The translations under genes were made by a program, and so were the position numbers. DNA of 64,000 nucleotides. Origin: an uncultured Candidatus Saccharibacteria bacterium (lineage in GTDB: Bacteria > Patescibacteriota > Minisyncoccia > UBA6257 > Colwellbacteraceae). The DNA lies in the NCBI GenBank assembly GCA_964559765.1, contig CAZLHU010000001.1, positions 9,242 to 73,241 of the forward strand, read 5' to 3'. The notes under the pieces are model-generated. The model saw nothing but the letters and a program-made list of their open reading frames with translations, searched no databases and had not been told where the DNA came from. Shown one piece after another: positions 20,568 through 29,310 of the stretch. The first letter of the stretch is position 1. Each line of letters begins with the position of its first letter.

Positions 20568-20697
20568 GATTTTATAAATTATTTTTATTTTAAAGACCTA
20601 TCCCGGAATTGGGGTCAGTCCCAATCGACCTTAGGGTTATGTTATATAAATAACATAATTTTGGACAATTGTCCAGCGAACAGAGGATGATCCCCTA

Positions 20698-21378
20698 CTA
20701 GAGATACAGCTTCCTGAGATATTTGTCGGCTTGCTTCAGGTCTTGGATCGTGTTTATGGGCAGCCAGAAACTGGCCTTCTCTATATCTATCGGATATTTG
20801 ACGGACATTTTAACTATGGTCTGAGGCAGCCCATACTCTTCTTTGCCTATCAACACCAACCGGTAATCAAAGATCCTTTTGTCCAAGGTATACATTCCGC
20901 AGTTCACCAGTGTGCCGGCAGACAGCCTCGGACTTTCGACTATGTCATTCAAAGCTCCTGACTTAAGTTCAATCACGCCGAAACGGTCCGGAACCTCTAC
21001 CCTCTGCGCCAATATGCACAGGGAATGCCTAAGGCAGTTTTCCATGTCCTTTTTGATATAGATATTGTCGCCCATCATGACAATGAACTTCTTATCGTTG
21101 ACAAAATCCTTGCACACAAAAAGCGCGTGCCCCGTGCCGAGGCGCTCTTTCTGTTCAACGTAGGTTATCTGCCGACCGTTGAAATTGTTTCCGATATTGC
21201 GCTTTATCTGTTCCTTGAGGGGCCCGACAACAACGATCACTTCCTTCACTTCTTGGGGTAGCTGCGAAAGGTTATGCTCCAGGATGGTCCTCTTCCCTAC
21301 TTTCAGCAGGCACTTCGGCATAGCATCGGCTTGTCCCAATCTTATCCCTTCGCCTCCAGCTAAAATTATTGCCTGCAT
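20698..21378 (-). CDS. Sugar-phosphate nucleotidyltransferase family protein
   Basis: AIILAGGEGIRL...PKCL and Q...LGTGHA motifs. Confidence 0.88.
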   Translation of the reverse strand: MQAIILAGGEGIRLGQADAMPKCLLKVGKRTILEHNLSQLPQEVKEVIVVVGPLKEQIKRNIGNNFNGRQITYVEQKERLGTGHALFVCKDFVNDKKFIVMMGDNIYIKKDMENCLRHSLCILAQRVEVPDRFGVIELKSGALNDIVESPRLSAGTLVNCGMYTLDKRIFDYRLVLIGKEEYGLPQTIVKMSVKYPIDIEKASFWLPINTIQDLKQADKYLRKLYL

Positions 21379-21398
21379 CGAAATTAAAATATATTTGT

Positions 21399-21827
21399 CT
21401 AAGTGCCGGTCGATCCGAATCCGCCGCGGATTTTGCCGTCCATCTTACTTACCTCTTCCCATTCCGCTCTCACAAACGGCACAAGGACTCCTTGGACGAT
21501 TCTGTCGTCCCGTCCGACGACTATGGGCTTGTCTGTAAAATTGAATAGGACCGCCTTGATTTCGTCTTCGTCGCCGCGATAATCGGAGTCGATAATCCCT
21601 ATGCCGTTCCTCATGCTTAAACCTCTTTTATATAGGGAGCTCCTGGCCGCAAGCAAAAGAAAATGGCCCTCGGGTATTTCCATTGCGATATTTAGGGGGA
21701 TCGAACCTATCTGCCCCGGCAGGATCTCGACCTGTTCCTTAGCGCGGAAGTCGAATCCGGCCGCACCGTCAGTATGGTATTCCGGCAACGGCAAGTCCTT
21801 ATCGAATCTTTTTATTCTGACTTTCAT
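21399..21827 (-). CDS. dut: dUTP diphosphatase
   Basis: AAGFD, RSS, GIIDSDYRG and RGGFGSTG motifs. Confidence 0.95.
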   Translation of the reverse strand: MKVRIKRFDKDLPLPEYHTDGAAGFDFRAKEQVEILPGQIGSIPLNIAMEIPEGHFLLLAARSSLYKRGLSMRNGIGIIDSDYRGDEDEIKAVLFNFTDKPIVVGRDDRIVQGVLVPFVRAEWEEVSKMDGKIRGGFGSTGT

Positions 21828-21842
21828 TGGATTTGTTTTCTT

Positions 21843-22607
21843 TTAAATCGGCTCGATCCGTCTGGCAATTAGCCTTGATAATTTATTGTAGCCCCAGTAG
21901 ACCAAAAGGGTCACTAAGATTGCGGCGATTATGAGGTACTCTCCTCCTTGTACATAGTGCGCGATGCTGTCATAGACCTGGCCGAAATAATATCCCAAGG
22001 CGGCGAACAGAATCACCTTCGGCAATATTATCGACGTCGCCGTGGTCACATATTTGCGTATCGACATACGCGACGCTCCGACCGCCATCAATCCCGGGGT
22101 CGAAAGCCCGGGCACCAACTTGATCACAGCCAGGGTTTTGATGGGATTTGTCTTCAGTAGTTTCTCCACGCGTTTCATTCTTTCGCTGGACAGCCCGAAA
22201 TTGCGCCCATACTTCTCGATTAACGATATCCTGCTCAAATAACCGACCAAGTAATATCCGAAGTCGGCGGTCAGATCCCCTAGAATCGCCAATATCAAAA
22301 CGGCCCATATATTGAAATACCCCAATCGCGCGGCAAATGCTGCAGCAGCAGTGATTACCGGCCCTTCCACGACCATGGCGAGGAACATTACCACGTAACC
22401 CACGCCCCTAACCCACAAAAGAGTCTGGTTGAAGGATAGTCCCGCCGCCGCCATAAAACTGTTCCCATGTACAGATTGGACCGATAGGCTGGCCACGCTG
22501 TTCGACAAGAAATGATTGACGTTGAATTGCGCGCTGATGAACACCAAGGCCACAACGATCATGGTCCGTATCATAAATTTGTATTTGGTCATTATGACAT
22601 TCAGCAT
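21843..22607 (-). CDS. DedA/VTT family membrane protein
   Basis: EGP...AAAFAA..G and LGD...Y.VG motifs; multi-TM. Confidence 0.82.
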   Translation of the reverse strand: MLNVIMTKYKFMIRTMIVVALVFISAQFNVNHFLSNSVASLSVQSVHGNSFMAAAGLSFNQTLLWVRGVGYVVMFLAMVVEGPVITAAAAFAARLGYFNIWAVLILAILGDLTADFGYYLVGYLSRISLIEKYGRNFGLSSERMKRVEKLLKTNPIKTLAVIKLVPGLSTPGLMAVGASRMSIRKYVTTATSIILPKVILFAALGYYFGQVYDSIAHYVQGGEYLIIAAILVTLLVYWGYNKLSRLIARRIEPI

Positions 22608-22614
22608 CGATGGT

Positions 22615-23454
22615 CTATTTGAATCCGAATTTCTCCCCTAGGCTCTTAAAGAAATAATTACGTTCCAATTCTGCGAATTTTATGGCATGGGGCGACCTCT
22701 CCAATATTACTTCATCGTTCTTCTTCAGTGGGAAGATGGTCTCACCATCGGCGATTAGCAGCACATCCACCGCTTCTCTAGTTCCAGATATGGACAATAT
22801 ACCCCGTTCCCTGAAACCGAGCACAGCAAGCCTTATCCTTTGGTCTTTCTTTACCACGATACTGGGTGTGGGTATGTTGTGGTCCATTATCTCCGTCAGA
22901 ATCATGCACTCTATTTCGGGCACGACTATCGGTCCGTGGGCGGAAAGATTGTATGCCGTCGACCCCGTCGCTGTCGCGATCAATATGCCGGTGCCGCGTA
23001 TGAACTGCAATGGATGCTTCTCTATGTCCACTTCTATCCTCACTATTCCTAATAGACTTTGAACGGAAACCTCGTTGAGGGAATCAGTGCTAAAAACCTT
23101 GTTGCCGTTCCTGACCACCGAAGCTTTTATCATCATCCTCTTCGCAACCCCATATTCGCCCCTCAAGAACTTACCGACTGCTGGCAAGAAGTCCTTGGAC
23201 GCCCTAGCGGAAGCCAAAAAGCCGACGTCGCCCAAGTTCAATCCAAGGACCAATGGACTCGTCTTTCTGAATATCCGCGCCGCCTCAAGAATAGTTCCGT
23301 CTCCTCCCAACACAATCACCCCGGACGGCCTATCGCTGCCTATCCTTACTTTGGGATAGTTCCTGTTTATCCAAGCCTTTATCTTCTTGGACCAAGCGGT
23401 TGCCCGGATGTTATCCGCGCGATGGAATATCTCTACTTTTGATATCTTTGCCAT
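22615..23454 (-). CDS. nadK: NAD kinase
   Basis: LGGDGTIL, G.N.G.VGFL, NE and TATGSTAYNLSAHGP motifs. Confidence 0.93.
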   Translation of the reverse strand: MAKISKVEIFHRADNIRATAWSKKIKAWINRNYPKVRIGSDRPSGVIVLGGDGTILEAARIFRKTSPLVLGLNLGDVGFLASARASKDFLPAVGKFLRGEYGVAKRMMIKASVVRNGNKVFSTDSLNEVSVQSLLGIVRIEVDIEKHPLQFIRGTGILIATATGSTAYNLSAHGPIVVPEIECMILTEIMDHNIPTPSIVVKKDQRIRLAVLGFRERGILSISGTREAVDVLLIADGETIFPLKKNDEVILERSPHAIKFAELERNYFFKSLGEKFGFK

Positions 23455-23610
23455 GCTCCGTTTGTTGTCTTCATTGAAAGTATAACAGATTCAGAAACCC
23501 CATATTCCGGTCATCCGAAACGCCCTGTGGCGCCGTAAATAGGGCTATAATTGTGATAGCGGTATAAGCCGATTAATTCTAAGGATTGTCTCAATCAATG
23601 CAGCATCACG

Positions 23611-23793
23611 ATGAAAAGTGACTTTATCTCCTGGGCGATAAGTTGGAGAAGGGTGTCCATAACGATCCTGGTTGGGGCAATCGTTTTTTTGATCGGCGCG
23701 TTCCTCTTCTGGTATTTCCTGTTCTACATACCCGCAACCCAAGACGCGTCTAGGGACCAAAGCGAACAACAACAGATGCAACAGCTGCAATAG
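23611..23793 (+). CDS. Small single-TM protein
   Basis: Hydrophobic helix; fills the gap between convergent genes. Confidence 0.5.
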   Translation: MKSDFISWAISWRRVSITILVGAIVFLIGAFLFWYFLFYIPATQDASRDQSEQQQMQQLQ

Positions 23794-23795
23794 CC

Positions 23796-24608
23796 TTAGA
23801 GGCCGGATAGACCGTCGATAAAATCCGACATTATCTCGATAAGCCTCTTGCTCCGATTCAGCACCACGATATGATCTATGTCGTCTATGACCGCCAGCTT
23901 CGCATTCTCTATCTTCTCCGCCACCATAACTCCGTATCTCAACGGGAAAATCGTGTCTTTTGCACCGTGCACGACAAGCGTCGGCACTTTTATCTTCTTC
24001 AGAATATCTTCGCCGTTGAAGTTATACGTTTGGGCTGTCACATACAGATAAACCCATAGGCCGGTATTTGTTATGTCGGCGATATTTCTCCGAACACTCC
24101 AATCTTTGGTATCTACATATTTTGAATAGTCGACTTGGCCGACTATTTTTTTAGGGGAATGCTCCGGCCTCATCTTCACCGCAAGCCTTATGAACGGTTT
24201 TACCAGTCGCGCGCTGGCCATCCTGCCAACCGCAAAGTGGGGACTTATGAATATCGCGGCCGAGACCATATTCTGATGCTTTCCGATGAAATCCAAGGCG
24301 ACCAGTGTTCCGAAAGAATTGCTCGCAAGGATGCACTTCTCTACGCCGCAGTGCTTAAGGAGGTCATAGAGATCCTCGGAAAACTTGCCGATCTCATAAT
24401 CCTCATATTTTTTAAAGCGGATGGACTTTCCATGGCCGCGCAGATCCAATGAAAGCACATTGTATTTCCCTTCGAACGCGGACTCGTAGGCAAACCAAGC
24501 AGAAGAGCTTCCAGACACTCCGTGAACCAAAAACAATGTCGGCCTTCCTGGACTGAACTCGTTGCGGCGGTAATAGATCCCCTTCTCTTCGAAAAGACAC
24601 TCTTTCAT
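23796..24608 (-). CDS. Alpha/beta hydrolase
   Basis: HG, DLRGHGKS, nucleophile elbow SNSFG, D and H. Confidence 0.88.
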   Translation of the reverse strand: MKECLFEEKGIYYRRNEFSPGRPTLFLVHGVSGSSSAWFAYESAFEGKYNVLSLDLRGHGKSIRFKKYEDYEIGKFSEDLYDLLKHCGVEKCILASNSFGTLVALDFIGKHQNMVSAAIFISPHFAVGRMASARLVKPFIRLAVKMRPEHSPKKIVGQVDYSKYVDTKDWSVRRNIADITNTGLWVYLYVTAQTYNFNGEDILKKIKVPTLVVHGAKDTIFPLRYGVMVAEKIENAKLAVIDDIDHIVVLNRSKRLIEIMSDFIDGLSGL

Positions 24609-24616
24609 GACACCCT

Positions 24617-25795
24617 CTACAGCACCGAGTAATAAAGGGCTTCGAGCCTCTCGACGCTTTTATTGATGTCGAAATTCTTGCTGTTCTTAAGACTCCTTTC
24701 GCCCATGGCTTTCAATGCCTGTCCGTCGGAGAGCATGGCCAAAGCCTTTTTGGCGCAGTCGCCTGGGTCCTGCGGCTTGAAAAGCATCCCGTTATTGTCC
24801 ACGAAATATTTAGAGGCGCTGTTCTCCGCATCGGCGATTAGAATGGGGGCGCCGCAGGCCATGGCCTCGAGCACGACCATCCCTTCGAGCTCCGCCAGCG
24901 ATGGCAGGCAGAAGATGTCGCATGCGTTGTAAGCCAGCACGAGATGCTCCCCGCTTACCTTGCCCAGGAAGAGGACCTCCTTTTTAAGATGCATCTTTCT
25001 GACAAGAGCCCCGAGCTCCTTCCTTTGCTGCCCGTCGCCCACGATGAGCACGCGCACATTCGGCTGTTTTTTTATTATTTCAGGCGTGGCCATGATCAGC
25101 GTATCTATGCTCTTTTCCGGATGGAGGCGACCCACGAACGCAATATACTTGTGTTCGCGCGAAAGGCCGAACTCTTTGAAGAACGGTGCGGGATCGGTCG
25201 GCTTGAATGTGGAAGTATCCACGCCGTTGCTGATCACCTCGTATTTGAGCTTGGGATCCATTTTGGGAGATTTTTCCCTGGCGAATTCCGTGGGGTACAC
25301 CAACGCGTCTGAGTTCTGGTACATCCAGAAGAGATATCTCGTGAAAAGGCTGCTCATTATGTCGCGTCCAAGAATTTTCGGGACGTGCAGGAAGACGTTC
25401 TCCGCCTGGGTATGGGAGTGCGTCACAACCTTAATTCCCATCGATCTAGCGGCTTCCATAAAGGAGTACCCCGCTTCGAACGGTATGATAATATGAACGA
25501 TGTCTATCTTTTCCTCCTTTAATATTTTTTTCGCCTCGTCGATTGTAGGAAATGCGAGGTAGAACCTTTTCTCTGTTTTTGGTATAAGGATGGACCGGAA
25601 CCTGTACGTCTTTATTCCATTGACGTCTCCGGATGCATAGGGTGTCTTAGCGGCGATAAAGATCACCTTATGGCCCCTGGCCTTAAGGCGCTCGGAGAAT
25701 CGCCAGGTCGATACTATGCTGCCGGCCGTATAGTCTATGGGGTCGCACACCATCGCTATGTTGAGCTTTCTTCTAGGAGTGTTTTTGATGTCCAT
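24617..25795 (-). CDS. GT4 glycosyltransferase (glycolipid synthase-like)
   Basis: NGVD, VGRL..EK and ELEGMVVLEAMACG motifs. Confidence 0.9.
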   Translation of the reverse strand: MDIKNTPRRKLNIAMVCDPIDYTAGSIVSTWRFSERLKARGHKVIFIAAKTPYASGDVNGIKTYRFRSILIPKTEKRFYLAFPTIDEAKKILKEEKIDIVHIIIPFEAGYSFMEAARSMGIKVVTHSHTQAENVFLHVPKILGRDIMSSLFTRYLFWMYQNSDALVYPTEFAREKSPKMDPKLKYEVISNGVDTSTFKPTDPAPFFKEFGLSREHKYIAFVGRLHPEKSIDTLIMATPEIIKKQPNVRVLIVGDGQQRKELGALVRKMHLKKEVLFLGKVSGEHLVLAYNACDIFCLPSLAELEGMVVLEAMACGAPILIADAENSASKYFVDNNGMLFKPQDPGDCAKKALAMLSDGQALKAMGERSLKNSKNFDINKSVERLEALYYSVL

Positions 25796-25904
25796 TGGTT
25801 ACTATTTTACCACAGCTCGCCTTGTCCATGGCCAGAATTGACCGAACGCGCCATAAGTGTTATCACTTAACCAAAGTCGACCAATAAAAGCGGGTAAAAA
25901 TCGA

Positions 25905-25945
25905 GTGTCCCAAACCGCTTTCAGCGGGTCGGATGCTCTTTAAAA
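25905..25945 (+). promoter_or_regulatory. Leader hairpin plus boxA-like element
   Basis: GTGTCC..CCGC-loop-GCGG..GGATGC followed by TGCTCTTTAAAA. Confidence 0.6.
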
Positions 25946-25948
25946 TCT

Positions 25949-26407
25949 ATGGACATAAGCCATGGTTACAAGCGGTACGTCGAGGACGTTATGCGACTAG
26001 CCAGGATCGCAGCTTTAATCCCCAACTTTCGTTTCAAGATCAAGTACATCAAGGTCATCCCCAAGGGTTTCTTCGCTCAAATAAGCGAGATCGATCTGGT
26101 GTATATGCAGGGCACAGTCGAAGTGAGCAAGAAAAGAGTGGGCAAGGACTTCAAAGACAAAAAGTATCTGGATATCCAAGAGGATCTTTGTCATGAAGTC
26201 GCTCATACCTTTACCGATCCATACGACGACATGATGAGAGAGCTCATGAGCAAGAACCTCTCGAAAGCCAAGAGACGCGAGAAGGAAGAGAAGCTGCGCA
26301 GGCTAAACGAGCACCAGACCGAACTCATCGGCATGATCATTTCCAAGCTCGTATCCATATTGGATGAGAGGGAGAGAAAAACCAAACGTCCGATAGAGAA
26401 ACTATAA
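25949..26407 (+). CDS. Hypothetical protein with an HExxH (zincin-like) motif
   Basis: LCHEVAH with a downstream E; has its own leader and terminator. Confidence 0.6.
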   Translation: MDISHGYKRYVEDVMRLARIAALIPNFRFKIKYIKVIPKGFFAQISEIDLVYMQGTVEVSKKRVGKDFKDKKYLDIQEDLCHEVAHTFTDPYDDMMRELMSKNLSKAKRREKEEKLRRLNEHQTELIGMIISKLVSILDERERKTKRPIEKL

Positions 26408-26510
26408 ACAGTCGCGCCCAGCGCGGCTGTTTTTATTCCCGTCTCGCTAATCTTATCGCATCTCAGATAGGCCGTACTAATTTCCTCACAAGGTGTGTAT
26501 TCTTAAATGT

Positions 26511-26882
26511 ATGACGACCAAGGCAATACCATCAGATTACGCATATCAATTTCTGGACAAGGACCTGACGGTGAAAGTAGACAGGCCCCTCGGCTCTACG
26601 CACCCGAAACATGACGATATCGTATACCCCGTGAACTACGGCTATATCGAAGGAGTTGAAGCGCCGGACGGGGAAGACGTCGACGCCTATATCTTGGGAG
26701 TGGATAAGCCCCTGCAGGAATTCAGGGGGAAGTGCATAGCGCTGATACATCGCACGAACGACGATGACGACAAACTGATTGTGGTCCCGGAAGGAAAGAG
26801 TTATTCGGACGATCAGATAAGACAGATGACGGAATTCCAGGAGAAGTTCTTCAAGTCCGAAATCATAAGGCTGTTAAAATAG
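26511..26882 (+). CDS. Inorganic pyrophosphatase family protein (short form)
   Basis: DRPLGS.HP, YPVNYG, DGEDVDAY and DDKL motifs; start placed at MTTK. Confidence 0.85.
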   Translation: MTTKAIPSDYAYQFLDKDLTVKVDRPLGSTHPKHDDIVYPVNYGYIEGVEAPDGEDVDAYILGVDKPLQEFRGKCIALIHRTNDDDDKLIVVPEGKSYSDDQIRQMTEFQEKFFKSEIIRLLK

Positions 26883-27398
26883 ATGCTCGACGAAAAGGAG
26901 GAAAAATACCTGCAGACCATACCCGAGTCCGAGCTGGTGGCCATAGGGCCATGGGACCCGGAAACGGAAATTATCGCCAAAAGGCTGATGGATGATATAA
27001 AGTCTGCCGTCCCGGCCCTGGAGGTCATGCACACCGGAGCAGCCGCGCTGAAGATATCCGGCCAGAACGACATCGACTTCAGCATCCTTTCCAAACCAGA
27101 GGATTTTGATAAATACCTCCCGGCACTGGTGAAAGTGTTGGGTGAACCAAAGAAGAAGGGTGTGGAAAATGTGCGTTGGGAGATAAACATAGAAGGCTAC
27201 CCGGTGGATGTGCACATGACGGACAAAAGTTCCCAGGGGTTCAAGAGGCACAAGCGGGTCTTCGAATTGTTGCGCGACGACCCTCGGCTGCTTAAAGAGT
27301 ACGAAAGACTGAAAGAGCAATCTGCCGGCCTGTCCATGAGGGAATATCAGCGCAGAAAATACGAATTTTACAATAAAATATTGGCGGAGGATCGCTGA
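26883..27398 (+). CDS. GrpB family nucleotidyltransferase-fold protein
   Basis: H.G.AA...DID and Y..LK...Y...K..F pattern. Confidence 0.8.
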   Translation: MLDEKEEKYLQTIPESELVAIGPWDPETEIIAKRLMDDIKSAVPALEVMHTGAAALKISGQNDIDFSILSKPEDFDKYLPALVKVLGEPKKKGVENVRWEINIEGYPVDVHMTDKSSQGFKRHKRVFELLRDDPRLLKEYERLKEQSAGLSMREYQRRKYEFYNKILAEDR

Positions 27399-27426
27399 AA
27401 GTTCCGTTTATCGATATCAGACAAGA

Positions 27427-27459
27427 TGACCCCTCGCTTAGTTCAGCGAGGGGTTATTT
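27427..27459. terminator. Terminator hairpin between convergent genes
   Basis: ACCCCTCGCT/AGCGAGGGGT stem. Confidence 0.65.
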
Positions 27460-27488
27460 GAGACATCTTATTTTGGACATAGATGCTC

Positions 27489-27716
27489 CTATCTTGGCGA
27501 AGGGAGAAGATACTGCTGCTCACAGTCGTAGTCGACGTTCCAAGCCCACCAGTCCTGGCATTCCATGCACAACACCTCGTCGTGCGAAATGATCGTGCCG
27601 TTGGGCTTCATCACTTTCTTGGCGATGTTATGAGGAATCTCGACATATTGCCCACACATCCCGTCGCAGGGAAAGTAGCGACTCACCCTAGAGTTAGAAA
27701 TTTCCGATGCGTTCAT
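27489..27716 (-). CDS. Small Cys4 zinc-binding protein
   Basis: CDGMC...CMEC; GGAG 7 nt upstream of the ATG at 27716. Confidence 0.55.
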   Translation of the reverse strand: MNASEISNSRVSRYFPCDGMCGQYVEIPHNIAKKVMKPNGTIISHDEVLCMECQDWWAWNVDYDCEQQYLLPSPR

Positions 27717-27882
27717 GCCGTTGCTCCGATTTCTCTCCGACGGGACGAATTGTTCCGGCCAGAGTGGGGTTGAGGTAGTTGATGTTCCGATTGCGAATGT
27801 ATCCACATACCCTGCACCTCAGGGTATAGATCCATGTTTCCAAATCACAATTCGGGCAGATGGTTTCGTTTGGTTTCAACAT
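27694..27882 (-). CDS. Small zinc-ribbon protein
   Basis: CPNC...CRVC; AAGGAGG upstream. Confidence 0.6.
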   Translation of the reverse strand: MLKPNETICPNCDLETWIYTLRCRVCGYIRNRNINYLNPTLAGTIRPVGEKSEQRHERIGNF

Positions 27883-28140
27883 ATCCCCTCCTTTTTAGGA
27901 GCAGGCCTTAGCCAAAGCTGGCGCGGTTGAGAACGTTACGATGGCAGAGAAAGCGCATAGTCCCCCTTCTCAGTTTTCAATGTGCTGAATAGAGGGATTA
28001 TGCCCTCTCCCAAACCGCGGGGCTTGGGATAGGGCGTAACACGGATTATTGCGCCTATTTATGGTATTGTGGCACCTTCCTGTCCGCCTGTAAATAATCT
28101 CGTAAAGGATAGCTCACGTGATTTATGATATAATTACGCT

Positions 28141-28380
28141 ATGAAGGACAAAATTCTCCACACAATCACCATAGTCTTATTGCTTGCAATCATTGCTGGC
28201 GGAATTTATCTATTCTTAAGCCAATTACCAGTAACTGCTCCGACCTTAAACCAGACTATATCCACGTCTACATCTTCGCCTGTTCCCACAACGACGGCAA
28301 CAAACTTATCTCCTGAATTACGACAGCACCCCATCCCCCCACCACCTCCGAGGAAAAATTCACCCAGTTCGTCCCTTTAA
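28141..28380 (+). CDS. Small membrane-anchored Thr/Pro-rich protein (possibly truncated)
   Basis: TM helix and low-complexity stalk with no distal domain; TG-TATAAT just upstream. Confidence 0.5.
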   Translation: MKDKILHTITIVLLLAIIAGGIYLFLSQLPVTAPTLNQTISTSTSSPVPTTTATNLSPELRQHPIPPPPPRKNSPSSSL

Positions 28381-28579
28381 TCGCAACTTAGATATATCTC
28401 AGACTCTATTATCTTTTATTGAAAATATAACAGGAAGCCCCTTCTTTAGTTGATAGGGGCTATATATTTAAACTAAGGCTGATTAAATATAATTGCCTGC
28501 CCCATTTGATTGACAAATCATATATTTTATGGTCTAATACCGCTACGTTTGTTCGCTGAATCGGTCAAATTAACTAACA

Positions 28580-28617
28580 CATCATGACCGCCTAAGCGGA
28601 TCTGGTGCTCCTTAAAA
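28580..28617 (+). promoter_or_regulatory. Leader hairpin plus boxA-like element
   Basis: CATCA..CCGC-CTAA-GCGG..TGGTG followed by TGCTCCTTAAAA; TTGACA at 28510. Confidence 0.55.
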
Positions 28618-28624
28618 TAAAAAC

Positions 28625-29242
28625 ATGACAACCAACTTATTGAGTCTGTTGACCACCAATATATGGTTCGCAGGCGGCAGCTACACAGTGCTGTCCATAG
28701 CCATGCTTATCGAAGGCCCAACAATTACCACTGTTGCAGCTTTCGCCGCAAGGCTTGGATATTTCAACATCTGGCTGGTATTCCTGATATCGATCCTGGG
28801 GAATTTCATCCCCGACGTCGCATACTATGCGCTTGGACGCTGGGGGCGACGATCCATCGACAGGCATCCGGCATTCTTCGCCAAGCTGGGCATCTCCGAA
28901 AGGATGATGGCCAAGGCCGAGAAGCTATTGAGGTCTCACCCCTTCATGACCCTGCTGATCTCAAAGCTTGTGCCGATCCTCGGGCTATCCGGACTTACTG
29001 CGGCAGGAGCGGTAAAGATGCCGCTGAAGGAATATTCATTCTGGAGTCTGGCTATAATTCTGGTCACCTCCGGAACATTCCTGGGCATTGGATACTATCT
29101 CGGCGAGGCCTACATCCGCCTTGCCGTCTACCAGGAGTACGCTCTGGCCATAATCGGGGTTTCAATATTCCTGATTATCTACGGCTACGGCAAACTGAAA
29201 ACCTGGTGGGGAGGAAAGCTCGCATCAAAGGAATTGGATTAA
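28625..29242 (+). CDS. DedA/VTT family membrane protein
   Basis: Shares EGP.IT..AAFAARLGYFNIW with 21843-22607. Confidence 0.82.
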   Translation: MTTNLLSLLTTNIWFAGGSYTVLSIAMLIEGPTITTVAAFAARLGYFNIWLVFLISILGNFIPDVAYYALGRWGRRSIDRHPAFFAKLGISERMMAKAEKLLRSHPFMTLLISKLVPILGLSGLTAAGAVKMPLKEYSFWSLAIILVTSGTFLGIGYYLGEAYIRLAVYQEYALAIIGVSIFLIIYGYGKLKTWWGGKLASKELD

Positions 29243-29310
29243 GGTGTCGTCGAAGTGCGACGGCAAAATCCCCAGACATATGTCTGGGGATTTTTAATCG
29301 AAGCCTGTTG

